Origin: the human T2T-CHM13v2.0 reference genome, Homo sapiens
Length of the DNA stretch: 64,000 bases
Reading direction: 5' to 3' (one strand)
Assembly: GCF_009914755.1 (NCBI RefSeq)
Contig: NC_060948.1
Each line of letters opens with the position of its first letter. Position 1 is the stretch's first letter. The notes below the pieces were generated by a model. It saw nothing but the letters and a program-made list of their open reading frames with translations, made no database searches and was not told the origin of the DNA. A program made the translations under genes and the position numbers. This document shows positions 12,699 to 27,020 of the stretch, in pieces.

Positions 12699-15600
12699 AG
12701 GCCTGGAATAAAGTGGAATGCTACGGTCTCGAATGGAATAAAAATGTATGGAATGGAATGCAATGAAACGGAATCGAATGTCATAGAATGTAATGGAATG
12801 CAAAAAAATGGAATCCAAAATCATTGACTGGAAAGGCTGGGTGTCGAAAGGAATTGACTCCAATGGAATGGAATCGAATGGAATGGAAGTGAATAGAATC
12901 GAACTAAATCGAATGGAATGGAATTGATAGGAATGGAATGGAAAGGAATGCAATGATTTGGCATGGAATGGAATCGAATGGCATCGAATGGAATGGAATG
13001 GAATGCAATGGAATGGAATGTATTAGAATGTAATGAACTTTAATGGAATGTACTCGAATGGATTCGACTGGAATGGAATGTTCTGGAAGTGAATGGACTC
13101 CAATGGAATGGATTCAAAAGGAATGGAATCGTACGGAATGGAATCTAATGGAATGGAATTAAATGGAAATGAATCAAATTGAATAGCACGGAATTGAATT
13201 GAATGGAATGGAATGCAATGGAATCTAATGAAACGGAAAGGAAATGAATGGAATGGAATGGAATGGGCTGGAATGGAAAGGAATCGAAACGAATGGAATG
13301 GAATCGAAGTGAAGAGACTGGAATGGAATGCACTGGAATGGAAGGGAGTGTAATGGAAGGTTCTCGAAAAAAATGGAATCGAATGGAATGGAATTGAATG
13401 GAACGGAATAGAGTCGAATGGAATTGAATGGAATGGAATGGACTAGAGTGAAATGGAATCGAACCACAAGGAATGGACAGGAATAGAATGGTCTCGAATT
13501 GAATGGAATCGTATGGAATGGCATCAAACGGAATGGAATGGACAGCCACGGAATGGAATGCACTCGAATGCAATGGAGTCGAAACTAATGGACTGGAATA
13601 GAATGGACTCGACTGGTACGGACTCCAATGGAATGGAATCGAATGGAAGGGAATCGAACGGAAGGGAATCGAACGGAATGGACTCGAAGGGAAAAGACTG
13701 CAATGGAAAGGTCTCGAATGGAATGGAAATTAATGGAATGGAATAGAATCGAATGAAATGGAGTCAAAAGGAATGGAATCGAATGGCAAGAAATCGAATG
13801 TAATGGAATCTCCAGGAATTGATGTGAACGGAACGGAATGGAATGGAATCCAAAGGAATGGAATAGAATGAAATGGAATCGAATGGAAAGGACTCGAATG
13901 GAAATCACTCAAATAGAATGCAATTTAATAAAATAGGATCAAATGTAATGGAATGGAATGGAAAGGAATCGAAACGAAAGGAATGGAGACAGATGGAATG
14001 GAATGGAACAGAGAGCAATGGTATAGAATGGAATGGAATCATCTGGAATGGAATTGAATGGAATGGAATAATATGAAATGGAATGGAATGGAATGGAATG
14101 GAATGCCCTTGAATTAAATGGACTGGAATGGAATGGACTCAAACAGAGTGGAATGGAAAGTGTGGAGATAGAATGGAATGAACTCCTTTGGAATGGTGTA
14201 GTATGCAATGCAATCGACTGGCAGGGAATCAAAAGGTATGTAATCGAATGGATTGGACTGGAATGCAAAGGACTCGAAAAGATTGGAAACGGAATGCAAA
14301 GGAATGGAATGGAATAGTATGGAATGCAATGGAAGGGAATGGAGTGGAATAGACTAGAGTGGAATGGAATGGACTGGAAAGCAATGGACTGGAATGGAAC
14401 TTTCTTGGATGGACTGGAATCAAACGGAATGGAATGCAGTGCAATCAAATGGCATGGAATAAAATAGAATGAAAGAGAATCAAATGGAATTGAATCGAAT
14501 GGAATCGAATGGATTGGAAAGGAATAGAATGGAATGGAATGGAATTGACTCAAATGGAATGGACTAGAATGGAATGGATTCGAATGGAAGGCAAAGGAGT
14601 GGAATCTATTGGAATGGACTGTAATGGAATGGAATGGAAGGGATTGGAATGGACTCGAATGGAATGGACTGCAATAGAAAGGATTCGAATGGAATGAAAA
14701 AGAATTGAATGGAATAGAACAGAATGGAATCAAATCGAATGAAATGGAATGGAATAGAAAGGAATGGAATGAAATGGAATGGAAAGGATTCGAATGGAAT
14801 GCAATCGAATGGAATGGAATCGAACGGAATGGAATAAAATGGAAGAAAACTGGCAAGAAATGGAATCGAAATGAATGGAGTGTTATGGAACGGACTCAAA
14901 AGGAATTGAATGTAATAGAATGGCGTGGAGTGGACTCGAATATAATGGACTGGAATGGAATGAAATCACATGGAATGGGAACGAATGGAATGGAATGGAA
15001 AGGAATGGAATCGAATGGAAAGGAATCGAATGGAAGGGAATGAAATTGAATCAACACGAATGGAAGGGAATAGAATAGACTGTAATGGAATGGACTCGAA
15101 TAGAATGGACACAAATGCTCAAATTAAATGGACTCGAATGGAATGGAAACGAAAGGAATGTCATCGAATGGAATTGAATCGATTGGAATGAAATCGCATA
15201 GAATGGAGTGGAATCAAATGGAATTGAATCGAAAGGAAAGGAAGCGAATGGACTGAAATGAAATGGAATGGAATTGAATGGAAAGTAATGCAATGGAATA
15301 GAATGGAACGAAATTTCACGGAATGGAATCAAACTGAATGGAATCAAATCAATGGAATCAAATCAAATGGAATGGAAAGGAATTGAATGGAGTAGATTGG
15401 ATTGGATGGGATTGGAATGAAATGTACTGGAAAGGACTCGAATTTCATGAAACGGAATGGAATGAATTGGAACGGAATGGACTCGAATGGAATGGAATGT
15501 CATGGGATGGCATCAAATGGAATGACATCAAATGGAATGGAATCGAATGCAATGGAATGCTATGGAATGGAATGGAATGCATTGGAATGGAATGTCCGCT

Positions 15601-16282
15601 AATGGAATGGATTCGAGTGGAATGGAATTGAATATAATGGAGTCGAATGAAATGGAATTGAAAGGAATGGGATCGAATACAATGGAATATACTGGAATGT
15701 AACGTAATGAACTCGAATGTAATTGACTGGAATGGAATGTACATGAATGGAATGTAATCGAATGGAAAGTAATCCAATGGAATAGAATCTAATGCAATAA
15801 AATCGACTCAGATAGAGTAGAATGTAATGGAATGGAGTGCAGTGCAATGGAATGGAATGGAATGGAATGCAATGGAATGGAATGGAATGGAATGGAATGG
15901 AATGGAATGGAATGGAATGGGATGGAATGGTATGGAATGGATAGTAATGGACTGGAGTGAAATGGACTGGAAAGGAATGGACTCAAATTGAAAGGGCTCG
16001 AAAGGAATGGAGACAAATGGAATGGTCTGGAATGGAATGAACACGAATGTAATGCAACCCAATAGAATGGAATCGAATGGCATGGAATATAAAGAAATGG
16101 AATCGAAGAGAATGGAAACAAATGGAATGGAATTGAATGGAATGGAATTGAATGGAATGGGAACGAATGGAGTGAAATTGTATGCAGTAGAAGAGAATAG
16201 AATGGAATGCAAGCGAAAGGAAAGGAATGGATTGGAATGGAATGGAATTCATTGGAATGGAAGGGAATGTAGTGTAATGGAC
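12699..16282 (+). repeat. Unit U4, 3584 bp
   Basis: AGGCCT 12699 to 16283. Confidence 0.9.
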
Positions 16283-19200
16283 AGGCCTGGAATAAAGTGG
16301 AATGCTACGGTCTCGAATGGAATAAAAATGTATGGAATGGAATGCAATGAAACGGAATCGAATGTCATAGAATGTAATGGAATGCAAAAAAATGGAATCC
16401 AAAATCATTGACTGGAAAGGCTGGGTGTCGAAAGGAATTGACTCCAATGGAATGGAATCGAATGGAATGGAAGTGAATAGAATCGAACTAAATCGAATGG
16501 AATGGAATTGATAGGAACGGAATGGAAAGGAATGCAATGATTTGGCATGGAATGGAATCGAATGGCATCGAATGGAATGGAATGGAATGCAATGGAATGG
16601 AATGTATTAGAATGTAATGAACTTTAATGGAATGTACTCGAATGGATTCGACTGGAATGGAATGTTCTGGAAGTGAATGGACTCCAATGGAATGGATTCA
16701 AAAGGAATGGAATCGTACGGAATGGAATCTAATGGAATGGAATTAAATGGAAATGAATCAAATTGAATAGCACGGAATTGAATTGAATGGAATGGAATGC
16801 AATGGAATCTAATGAAACGGAAAGGAAAGGAATGGAATGGAATGGAATGGGCTGGAATGGAAAGGAATCGAAACGAATGGAATGGAATCGAAGTGAAGAG
16901 ACTGGAATGGAATGCACTGGAATGGAAGGGAGTGTAATGGAAGGTTCTCGAAAAAAATGGAATCGAATGGAATGGAATTGAATGGAACGGAATAGAGTCG
17001 AATGGAATTGAATGGAATGGAATGGTCTAGAGTGAAATGGAATCGAACCACAAGGAATGGACAGGAATAGAATGGTCTCGAATTGAATGGAATCGTATGG
17101 AATGGCATCAAACGGAATGGAATGGACAGCCACGGAATGGAATGCACTCGAATGCAATGGAGTCGAAACTAATGGACTGGAATAGAATGGACTCGACTGG
17201 TATGGACTCCAATGGAATGGAATCGAATGGAAGGGAATCGAACGGAATGGAATCGAACGGAATGGACTCGAAGGGAAAAGACTGCAATGGAAAGGTCTCG
17301 AATGGAATGGAAATTAATGGAATGGAATGGAATCGAATGAAATGGAGTCAAAAGGAATGGAATCGAATGGCAAGAAATCGAATGTAATGGAATCGCCAGG
17401 AATTGATGTGAACGGAATGGAATGGAATGGAATCCAAAGGAATGGAATAGAATGGAATGGAATCGAATGGAAAGGACTCGAATGGAAATCACTCGAATAG
17501 AATGCAATTTAATAAAATAGGATCAAATGTAATGGAATGGAATGGAAAGGAATCGAAACGAAAGGAATGGAGACAGATGGAATGGAATGGAACAGAGAGC
17601 AATGGTATAGAATGGAATGGAATCATCTGGAATGGAATTGAATGGAATGGAATAATATGAAATGGAATGGAATGGAATGGAATGGAATGCCCTTGAATTA
17701 AATGGACTGGAATGGAATGGACTCAAACAGAGTGGAATGGAAAGTGTGGAGATAGAATGGAATGAACTCCTTTGGAATGGTGTAGTATGCAATGCAATCG
17801 ACTGGCAGGGAATCAAAAGGAATGTAATCGAATGGATTGGACTGGAATGCAATGGACTCGAATAGATTGGAAACGGAATGCAAAGGAATGGAATGGAATA
17901 GTATGGAATGCAATGGAAGGGAATGGAGTGGAATAGACTAGAGTGGAATGGAATGGACTGGAAAGCAATGGACTGGAATGGAACTTTCTTGGATGGACTG
18001 GAATCAAACGGAATGGAATGCAGTGCAATCAAATGGCATGGAATAAAATAGAATGAAAGAGAATCAAATGGAATTGAATCGAATGGAATCGAATGGATTG
18101 GAAAGGAATAGAATGGAATGGAATGGAATTGACTCAAATGGAATGGACTAGAATGGAATGGATTCGAATGGAAGGCAAAGGAATGGAATCTATTGGAATG
18201 GACTGTAATGGAATGGAATGGAAGGGATTGGAATGGACTCGAATGGAATGGACTGCAATAGAAAGGATTCGAATGGAATGAAAAAGAATTGAATGGAATA
18301 GAACAGAATGGAATCAAATCGAATGAAATGGAATGGAATAGAAAGTAATGGAATGAAATGGAATGGAAAGGATTCGAATGGAATGCAATCGAATGGAATG
18401 GAATCGAACGGAATGGAATAAAATGGAAGAAAACTGTCAAGAAATGGAATCGAAATGAATGGAGTGTTATGGAACGGACTCAAAAGGAATTGAATGTAAT
18501 AGAATGGAGTGGAGTGGACTCGAATATAATGGACTGGAATGGAATGAAATCACATGGAATGGGAACGAATGGAATGGAATGGAAAGGAATGGAATCGAAT
18601 GGAAAGGAATCGAATGGAAGGGAATGAAATTGAATAAACACGAATGGAAGGGAATAGAATAGACTGTAATGGAATGGACTCGAATAGAATGGACACGAAT
18701 GCTCAAATTAAATGGACTCGAATGGAATGGAAACGAAAGGAATGTCATCGAATGGAATTGAATCGATTGGAATGAAATCGCATAGAATGGAGTGGAATCA
18801 AATGGAATTGAATCGAAAGGAAAGGAAGCGAATGGACTGAAATGAAATGGAATGGATTTGAATGGAAAGTAATGCAATGGAATAGAATGGAACGAAACTT
18901 CACGGAATGGAATCAAACTGAATGGAATCAAATCAATGGAATCAAATCAAATGGAATGGAAAGGAATTGAATGGAGTAGATGGGATTGGATGGGATTGGA
19001 ATGAAATGTACTGCAAAGGACTCGAATTTCATGAAACGGAATGGAATGAATTGGAACGGAATGGACTCGAATGGAATGGAATGTCATGGGATGGCATCAA
19101 ATGGAATGACATCAAATGGAATGGAATCGAATGCAATGGAATGCTATGGAATGGAATGGAATGCATTGGAATGGAATGTCCGCTAATGGAATGGATTCGA

Positions 19201-19867
19201 GTGGAATGGAATTGAATATAATGGAGTCGAATGAAATGGAATTGAAAGGAATGGGATCGAACACAATGGAATATACTGCAATGTAACGTAATGAACTCGA
19301 ATGTAATTGACTGGAATGGAATGTACATGAATGGAATGTAATCGAATGGAAAGTAATCCAATGGAATAGAATCTAATGCAATAAAATCGACTCAGATAGA
19401 GTAGAATGTAATGGAATGGAGTGCAGTGCAATGGAATGGAATGGAATGGAATGCAATGGAATGGAATGGAATGGAATGGAATGGAATGGAATGGAATGGA
19501 ATGGAATGGGATGGAATGGTATGGAATGGATAGTAATGGACTGGAGTGAAATGGACTGGAAAGGAATGGACTCAAATTGAAAGGGCTCGAAAGGAATGGA
19601 GTCAAATGGAATGGTCTGGAATGGAATGAACACGAATGTAATGCAACCCAATAGAATGGAATCGAATGGGAATATAAAGAAATGGAATCGAAGAGAATGG
19701 AAACAAATGGAATGGAATTGAATGGAATGGAATTGAATGGAATGGGAACGAATGGAGTGAAATTGTATGCAGTAGAAGAGAGTAGAATGGAATGCAAGCG
19801 AAAGGAAAGGAATGGATTGGAATGGAATGGAATTCATTGGAATGGAAGGGAATGTAGTGTAATGGAC
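16283..19867 (+). repeat. Unit U5, 3585 bp (XbaI+)
   Basis: AGGCCT 16283 to 19868; TCTAGA 17026; 4-bp CATG deletion near 19670. Confidence 0.9.
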
Positions 19868-22800
19868 AGGCCTGGAATAAAGTGGAATGCTACGGTCTCG
19901 AATGGAATAAAAATGTATGGAATGGAATGCAATGAAACGGAATCGAATGTCATAGAATGTAATGGAATGCAAAAAAATGGAATCCAAAATCATTGACTGG
20001 AAAGGCTGGGTGTCGAAAGGAATTGACTCCAATGGAATGGAATCGAATGGAATGGAAGTGAATAGAATCGAACTAAATCGAATGGAATGGAATTGATAGG
20101 AACGGAATGGAAAGGAATGCAATGATTTGGCATGGAATGGAATCGAATGGCATCGAATGGAATGGAATGGAATGCAATGGAATGGAATGTATTAGAATGT
20201 AATGAACTTTAATGGAATGTACTCGAATGGATTCGACTGGAATGGAATGTTCTGGAAGTGAATGGACTCCAATGGAATGGATTCAAAAGGAATGGAATCG
20301 TACGGAATGGAATCTAATGGAATGGAATTAAATGGAAATGAATCAAATTGAATAGCACGGAATTGAATTGAATGGAATGGAATGCAATGGAATCTAATGA
20401 AACGGAAAGGAAAGGAATGGAATGGAATGGAATGGGCTGGAATGGAAAGGAATCGAAACGAATGGAATGGAATCGAACTGAAGAGACTGGAATGGAATGC
20501 ACTGGAATGGAAGGGAGTGTAATGGAAGGTTCTCGAAAAAAATGGAATCGAATGGAATGGAATTGAATGGAACGGAATAGAGTCGAATGGAATTGAATGG
20601 AATGGAATGGACTAGAGTGAAATGGAATCGAACCACAAGGAATGGACAGGAATAGAATGGTCTCGAATTGAATGGAATCGTATGGAATGGCATCAAACGG
20701 AATGGAATGGACAGCCACGGAATGGAATGCACTCGAATGCAATGGAGTCGAAACAAATGGACTGGAATAGAATGGACTCGACTGGTACGGACTCCAATGG
20801 AATGGAATCGAATGGAAGGGAATCGAACGGAAGGGAATCGAACGGAATGGACTCGAAGGGAAAAGACTGCAATGGAAAGGTCTCGAATGGAATGGAAATT
20901 AATGGAATGGAATGGAATCGAATGAAATGGAGTCAAAAGGAATGGAATCGAATGGCAAGAAATCGAATGTAATGGAATCGCCAGGAATTGATGTGAACGG
21001 AACGGAATGGAATGGAATCCAATGGAATGGAATACAATGGAATGGAATCGAATGGAAAGGACTCGAATGGAAATCACTCGAATAGAATGCAATTTAATAA
21101 AATAGGATCAAATGTAATGGAATGGAATGGAAAGGAATTGAAACGAAAGGAATGGAGACAGATGGAATGGAATGGAACAGAGAGCAATGGTATAGAATGG
21201 AATGGAATCATCTGGAATGGAATTGAATGGAATGGAATAATATGAAATGGAATGGAATGGAATGGAATGGAATGCCCTTGAATTAAATGGACTGGAATGG
21301 AAGGGACTCAAACAGAGTGGAATGGAAAGTGTGGAGATAGAATGGAATGAACTCCTTTGGAATGGTGTAGTATGCAATGCAATCGACTGGCAGGGAATCA
21401 AAAGGAATGTAATCGAATGGATTGGACTGGAATGCAATGGACTCGAATAGATTGGAAACGGAATGCAAAGGAATGGAATGGAATAGTATGGAATGCAATG
21501 GAAGGGAATGGAGTGGAATAGACTAGAGTGGAATGGAATGGACTGGAAAGCAATGGACTGGAATGGAACTTTCTTGGATGGACTGGAATCAAACGGAATG
21601 GAATGCAATGCAATCAAATGGCATGGAATAAAATAGAATGAAAGAGAATCAAATGGAATTGAATCGAATGGAATCGAATGGATTGGAAAGGAATAGAATG
21701 GAATGGAATGGAATTGACTCAAATGGAATGGACTAGAATGGAATGGATTCGAATGGAAGGCAAAGGAATGGAATCTATTGGAATGGACTGTAATGGAATG
21801 GAATGGAAGGGATTGGAATGGACTCGAATGGAATGGACTGCCATAGAAAGGATTCGAATGGAATGAAAAAGAATTGAATGGAATAGAACAGAATGGAATC
21901 AAATCGAATGAAATGGAATGGAATAGAAAGGAATGGAATGAAATGGAATGGAAAGGATTCGAATGGAATGCAATCGAATGGAATGGAATCGAACGGAATG
22001 GAATAAAATGGAAGAAAACTGGCAAGAAATGGAATCGAAATGAATGGAGTGTTATGGAACGGACTCAAAAGGAATTGAATGTAATAGAATGGAGTGGAGT
22101 GGACTCGAATATAATGGACTGGAATGGAATGAAATCACATGGAATGGGAACGAATGGAATGGAATGGAAAGGAATGGAATCGAATGGAAAGGAATCGAAT
22201 GGAAGGGAATGAAATTGAATCAACACGAATGGAAGGGAATAGAATAGACTGTAATGGAATGGACTCGAATAGAATGGACACGAATGCTCAAATTGAATGG
22301 ACTCGAATGGAATGGAAACGAAAGGAATGTCATCGAATGGAATTGAATCGATTGGAATGAAATCGCATAGAATGGAGTGGAATCAAATGGAATTGAATCG
22401 AAAGGAAAGGAAGCGAATGGACTGAAATGAAATGGAATGGATTTGAATGGAAAGTAATGCAATGGAATAGAATGGAACGAAATTTCACGGAATGGAATCA
22501 AACTGAATGGAATCAAATCAATGGAATCAAATCAAATGGAATGGAAAGGAATTGAATGGAGTAGATGGGATTGGATGGGATTGGAATGAAATGTACTGCA
22601 AAGGACTCGAATTTCATGAAACGGAATGGAATGAATTGGAACGGAATGGACTCGAATGGAATGGAATGTCATGGGATGGCATCAAATGGAATGGCATCAA
22701 ATGGAATGGAATCGAATGCAATGGAATGCTATGGAATGGAATGGAATGCATTGGAATGGAATGTCCTCTAATGAAATGGATTCGAGTGGAATGGAATTGA

Positions 22801-23451
22801 ATATAATGGAGTCGAATGAAATGGAATTGAAAGGAATGGGATCGAATACAATGGAATATACTGGAATGTAACGTAATGAACTCGAATGTAATTGACTGGA
22901 ATGGAATGTACATGAATGGAATGTAATCGAATGGAAAGTAATCCAATGGAATAGAATCTAATGCAATAAAATCGACTCAGATAGAGTAGAATGTAATGGA
23001 ATGGAGTGCAGTGCAATGGAATGGAAGGGAATGGAATGCAATGGAATGGAATGGAATGGAATGGAATGGAATGGAATGGAATGGAATGGGATGGAATGGT
23101 ATGGAATGGTTAGTAATGGACTGGAGTGAAATGGACTGGAAAGGAATGGACTCAAATTGAAAGGGCTCGAAAGGAATGGAGACAAATGGAATGGTCTGGA
23201 ATGGAATGAACACGAATGTAATGCAACCCAATAGAATGGAATCGAATGGCATGGAATATAAAGAAATGGAATCGAAGAGAATGGAAACAAATGGAATGGA
23301 ATTGAATGGAATGGAATTGAATGGAATGGGAACGAATGGAGTGAAATTGTATGCAGTAGAAGAGAATAGAATGGAATGCAAGCGAAAGGAAAGGAATGGA
23401 TTGGAATGGAATGGAATTCATTGGAATGGAAGGGAATGTAGTGTAATGGAC
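19868..23451 (+). repeat. Unit U6, 3584 bp
   Basis: AGGCCT 19868 to 23452; near-identical to U8. Confidence 0.9.
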
Positions 23452-26400
23452 AGGCCTGGAATAAAGTGGAATGCTACGGTCTCGAATGGAATAAAAATGT
23501 ATGGAATGGAATGCAATGAAACGGAATCGAATGTCATAGAATGTAATGGAATGCAAAAAAATGGAATCCAAAATCATTGACTGGAAAGGCTGGGTGTCGA
23601 AAGGAATTGACTCCAATGGAATGGAATCGAATGGAATGGAAGTGAATAGAATCGAACTAAATCGAATGGAATGGAATTGATAGGAACGGAATGGAAAGGA
23701 ATGCAATGATTTGGCATGGAATGGAATCGAATGGCATCGAATGGAATGGAATGGAATGCAATGGAATGGAATGTATTAGAATGTAATGAACTTTAATGGA
23801 ATGTACTCGAATGGATTCGACTGGAATGGAATGTTCTGGAAGTGAATGGACTCCAATGGAATGGATTCAAAAGGAATGGAATCGTACGGAATGGAATCTA
23901 ATGGAATGGAATTAAATGGAAATGAATCAAATTGAATAGCACGGAATTGAATTGAATGGAATGGAATGCAATGGAATCTAATGAAACGGAAAGGAAAGGA
24001 ATGGAATGGAATGGAATGGGCTGGAATGGAAAGGAATCGAAATGAATGGAATGGAATCGAACTGAAGAGACTGGAATGGAATGCACTGGAATGGAAGGGA
24101 GTGTAATGGAAGGTTCTCGAAAAAAATGGAATCGAATGGAATGGAATTGAATGGAACGGAATAGAGTCGAATGGAATTGAATGGAATGGAATGGTCTAGA
24201 GTGAAATGGAATCGAACCACAAGGAATGGACAGGAATAGAATGGTCTCGAATTGAATGGAATCGTATGGAATGGCATCAAACGGAATGGAATGGACAGCC
24301 ACGGAATGGAATGCACTCGAATGCAATGGAGTCGAAACTAATGGACTGGAATAGAATGGACTCGACTGGTACGGACTCCAATGGAATGGAATCGAATGGA
24401 AGGGAATCGAACGGAATGGAATCGAACGGAATGGACTCGAAGGGAAAAGACTGCAATGGAAAGGTCTCGAATGGAATGGAAATTAATGGAATGGAATGGA
24501 ATCGAATGAAATGGAGTCAAAAGGAATGGAATCGAATGGCAAGAAATCGAATGTAATGGAATCGCCAGGAATTGATGTGAACGGAACGGAATGGAATGGA
24601 ATCCAAAGGAATGGAATAGAATGGAATGGAATCGAATGGAAAGGACTCGAATGGAAATCACTCGAATAGAATGCAATTTAATAAAATAGGATCAAATGTA
24701 ATGGAATGGAATGGAAAGGAATCGAAACGAAAGGAATGGAGACAGATGGAATGGAATGGAACAGAGAGCAATGGTATAGAATGGAATGGAATCATCTGGA
24801 ATGGAATTGAATGGAATGGAATAATATGAAATGGAATGGAATGGAATGGAATGGAATGCCCTTGAATTAAATGGACTGGAATGGAATGGACTCAAACAGA
24901 GTGGAATGGAAAGTGTGGAGATAGAATGGAATGAACTCCTTTGGAATGGTGTAGTATGCAATGCAATCGACTGGCAGGGAATCAAAAGGAATGTAATCGA
25001 ATGGATTGGACTGGAAGGCAATGGACTCGAATAGATTGGAAACGGAAGGCAAAGGAATGGAATGGAATAGTATGGAATGCAATGGAAGGGAATGGAGTGG
25101 AATAGACTAGAGTGGAATGGAATGGACTGGAAAGCAATGGACTGGAATGGAACTTTCTTGGATGGACTGGAATCAAACGGAATGGAATGCAGAGCAATCA
25201 AATGGCATGGAATAAAATAGAATGAAAGAGAATCAAATGGAATTGAATCGAATGGAATCGAATGGATTGGAAAGGAATAGAATGGAATGGAATGGAATTG
25301 ACTCAAATGGAATGGACTAGAATGGAATGGATTCGAATGGAAGGCAAAGGAATGGAATCTATTGGAATGGACTGTAATGGAATGGAATGGAAGGGATTGG
25401 AATGGACTCGAATGGAATGGACTGCAATAGAAAGGATTCGAATGGAATGAAAAAGAATTGAATGGAATAGGACAGAATGGAATCAAATCGAATGAAATGG
25501 AATGGAATAGAAAGGAATGGAATGAAATGGAATGGAAAGGATTCGAATGGAATGCAATCGAATGGAATGGAATCGAACGGAATGGAATAAAATGGAAGAA
25601 AACTGGCAAGAAATGGAATCGAAATGAATGGAGTGTTATGGAACGGACTCAAAAGGAATTGAATGTAATAGAATGGAGTGGAGTGGACTCGAATATAATG
25701 GACTGGAATGGAATGAAATCACATGGAATGGGAACGAATGGAATGGAATGGAAAGGAATCGAATGGAAGGGAATGAAATTGAATCAACACGAATGGAAGG
25801 GAATAGAATAGACTGTAATGGAATGGACTCGAATAGAATGGACACGAATGCTCAAATTAAATGGACTCGAATGGAATGGAAACGAAAGGAATGTCATCGA
25901 ATGGAATTGAATCGATTGGAATGAAATCGCATAGAATGGAGTGGAATCAAATGGAATTGAATCGAAAGGAAAGGAAGCGAATGGACTGAAATGAAATGGA
26001 ATGGAATTGAATGGAAAGTAATGCAATGGAATAGAATGGAACGAAATTTCACGGAATGGAATCAAACTGAATGGAATCAAATCAATGGAATCAAATCAAA
26101 TGGAATGGAAAGGAATTGAATGGAGTAGATGGGATTGGATGGGATTGGAATGAAATGTACTGGAAAGGACTCGAATTTCATGAAACGGAATGGAATGAAT
26201 TGGAACGGAATGGACTCGAATGGAATGGAATGTCATGGGAAGGCATCAAATGGAAGGACATCAAATGGAATGGAATCGAATGCAATGGAATGCTATGGAA
26301 TGGAATGGAATGCATTGGAATGGAATGTCCTCTAAAGGAATGGATTCGAGTGGAATGGAATTGAATATAATGGAGTCGAATGAAATGGAATTGAAAGGAA

Positions 26401-27020
26401 TGGGATCGAATACAATGGAATATACTGGAATGTAACGTAATGAACTCGAATGTAATTGACTGGAATGGAATGTACATGAATGGAATGTAATCGAATGGAA
26501 AGTAATCCAATGGAATAGAATCTAATGCAATAAAATCGACTCAGATAGAGTAGAATGTAATGGAATGGAGTGCAGGGCAATGGAATGGAATGGAATGGAA
26601 TGCAATGGAATGGAATGGAATGGAATGGAATGGAATGGAATGGAATGGAATGGAATGGGATGGAATGGTATGGAATGGATAGTAATGGACTGGAGTGAAA
26701 TGGACTGGAAAGGAATGGACTCAAATTGAAAGGGCTCGAAAGGAATGGAGTCAAATGGAATGGTCTGGAATGGAATGAACACGAATGTAATGCAACCCAA
26801 TAGAATGGAATCGAATGGCATGGAATATAAAGAAATGGAATCGAAGAGAATGGAAACAAATGGAATGGAATTGAATGGAATGGAATTGAATGGAATGGGA
26901 ACGAATGGAGTGAAATTGTATGCAGTAGAAGAGAATAGAATGGAATGCAAGCGAAAGGAAAGGAATGGATTGGAATGGAATGGAATTCATTGGAATGGAA
27001 GGGAATGTAGTGTAATGGAC
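23452..27020 (+). repeat. Unit U7, 3569 bp (XbaI+)
   Basis: AGGCCT 23452 to 27021; TCTAGA 24195; near-identical to U9. Confidence 0.9.
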
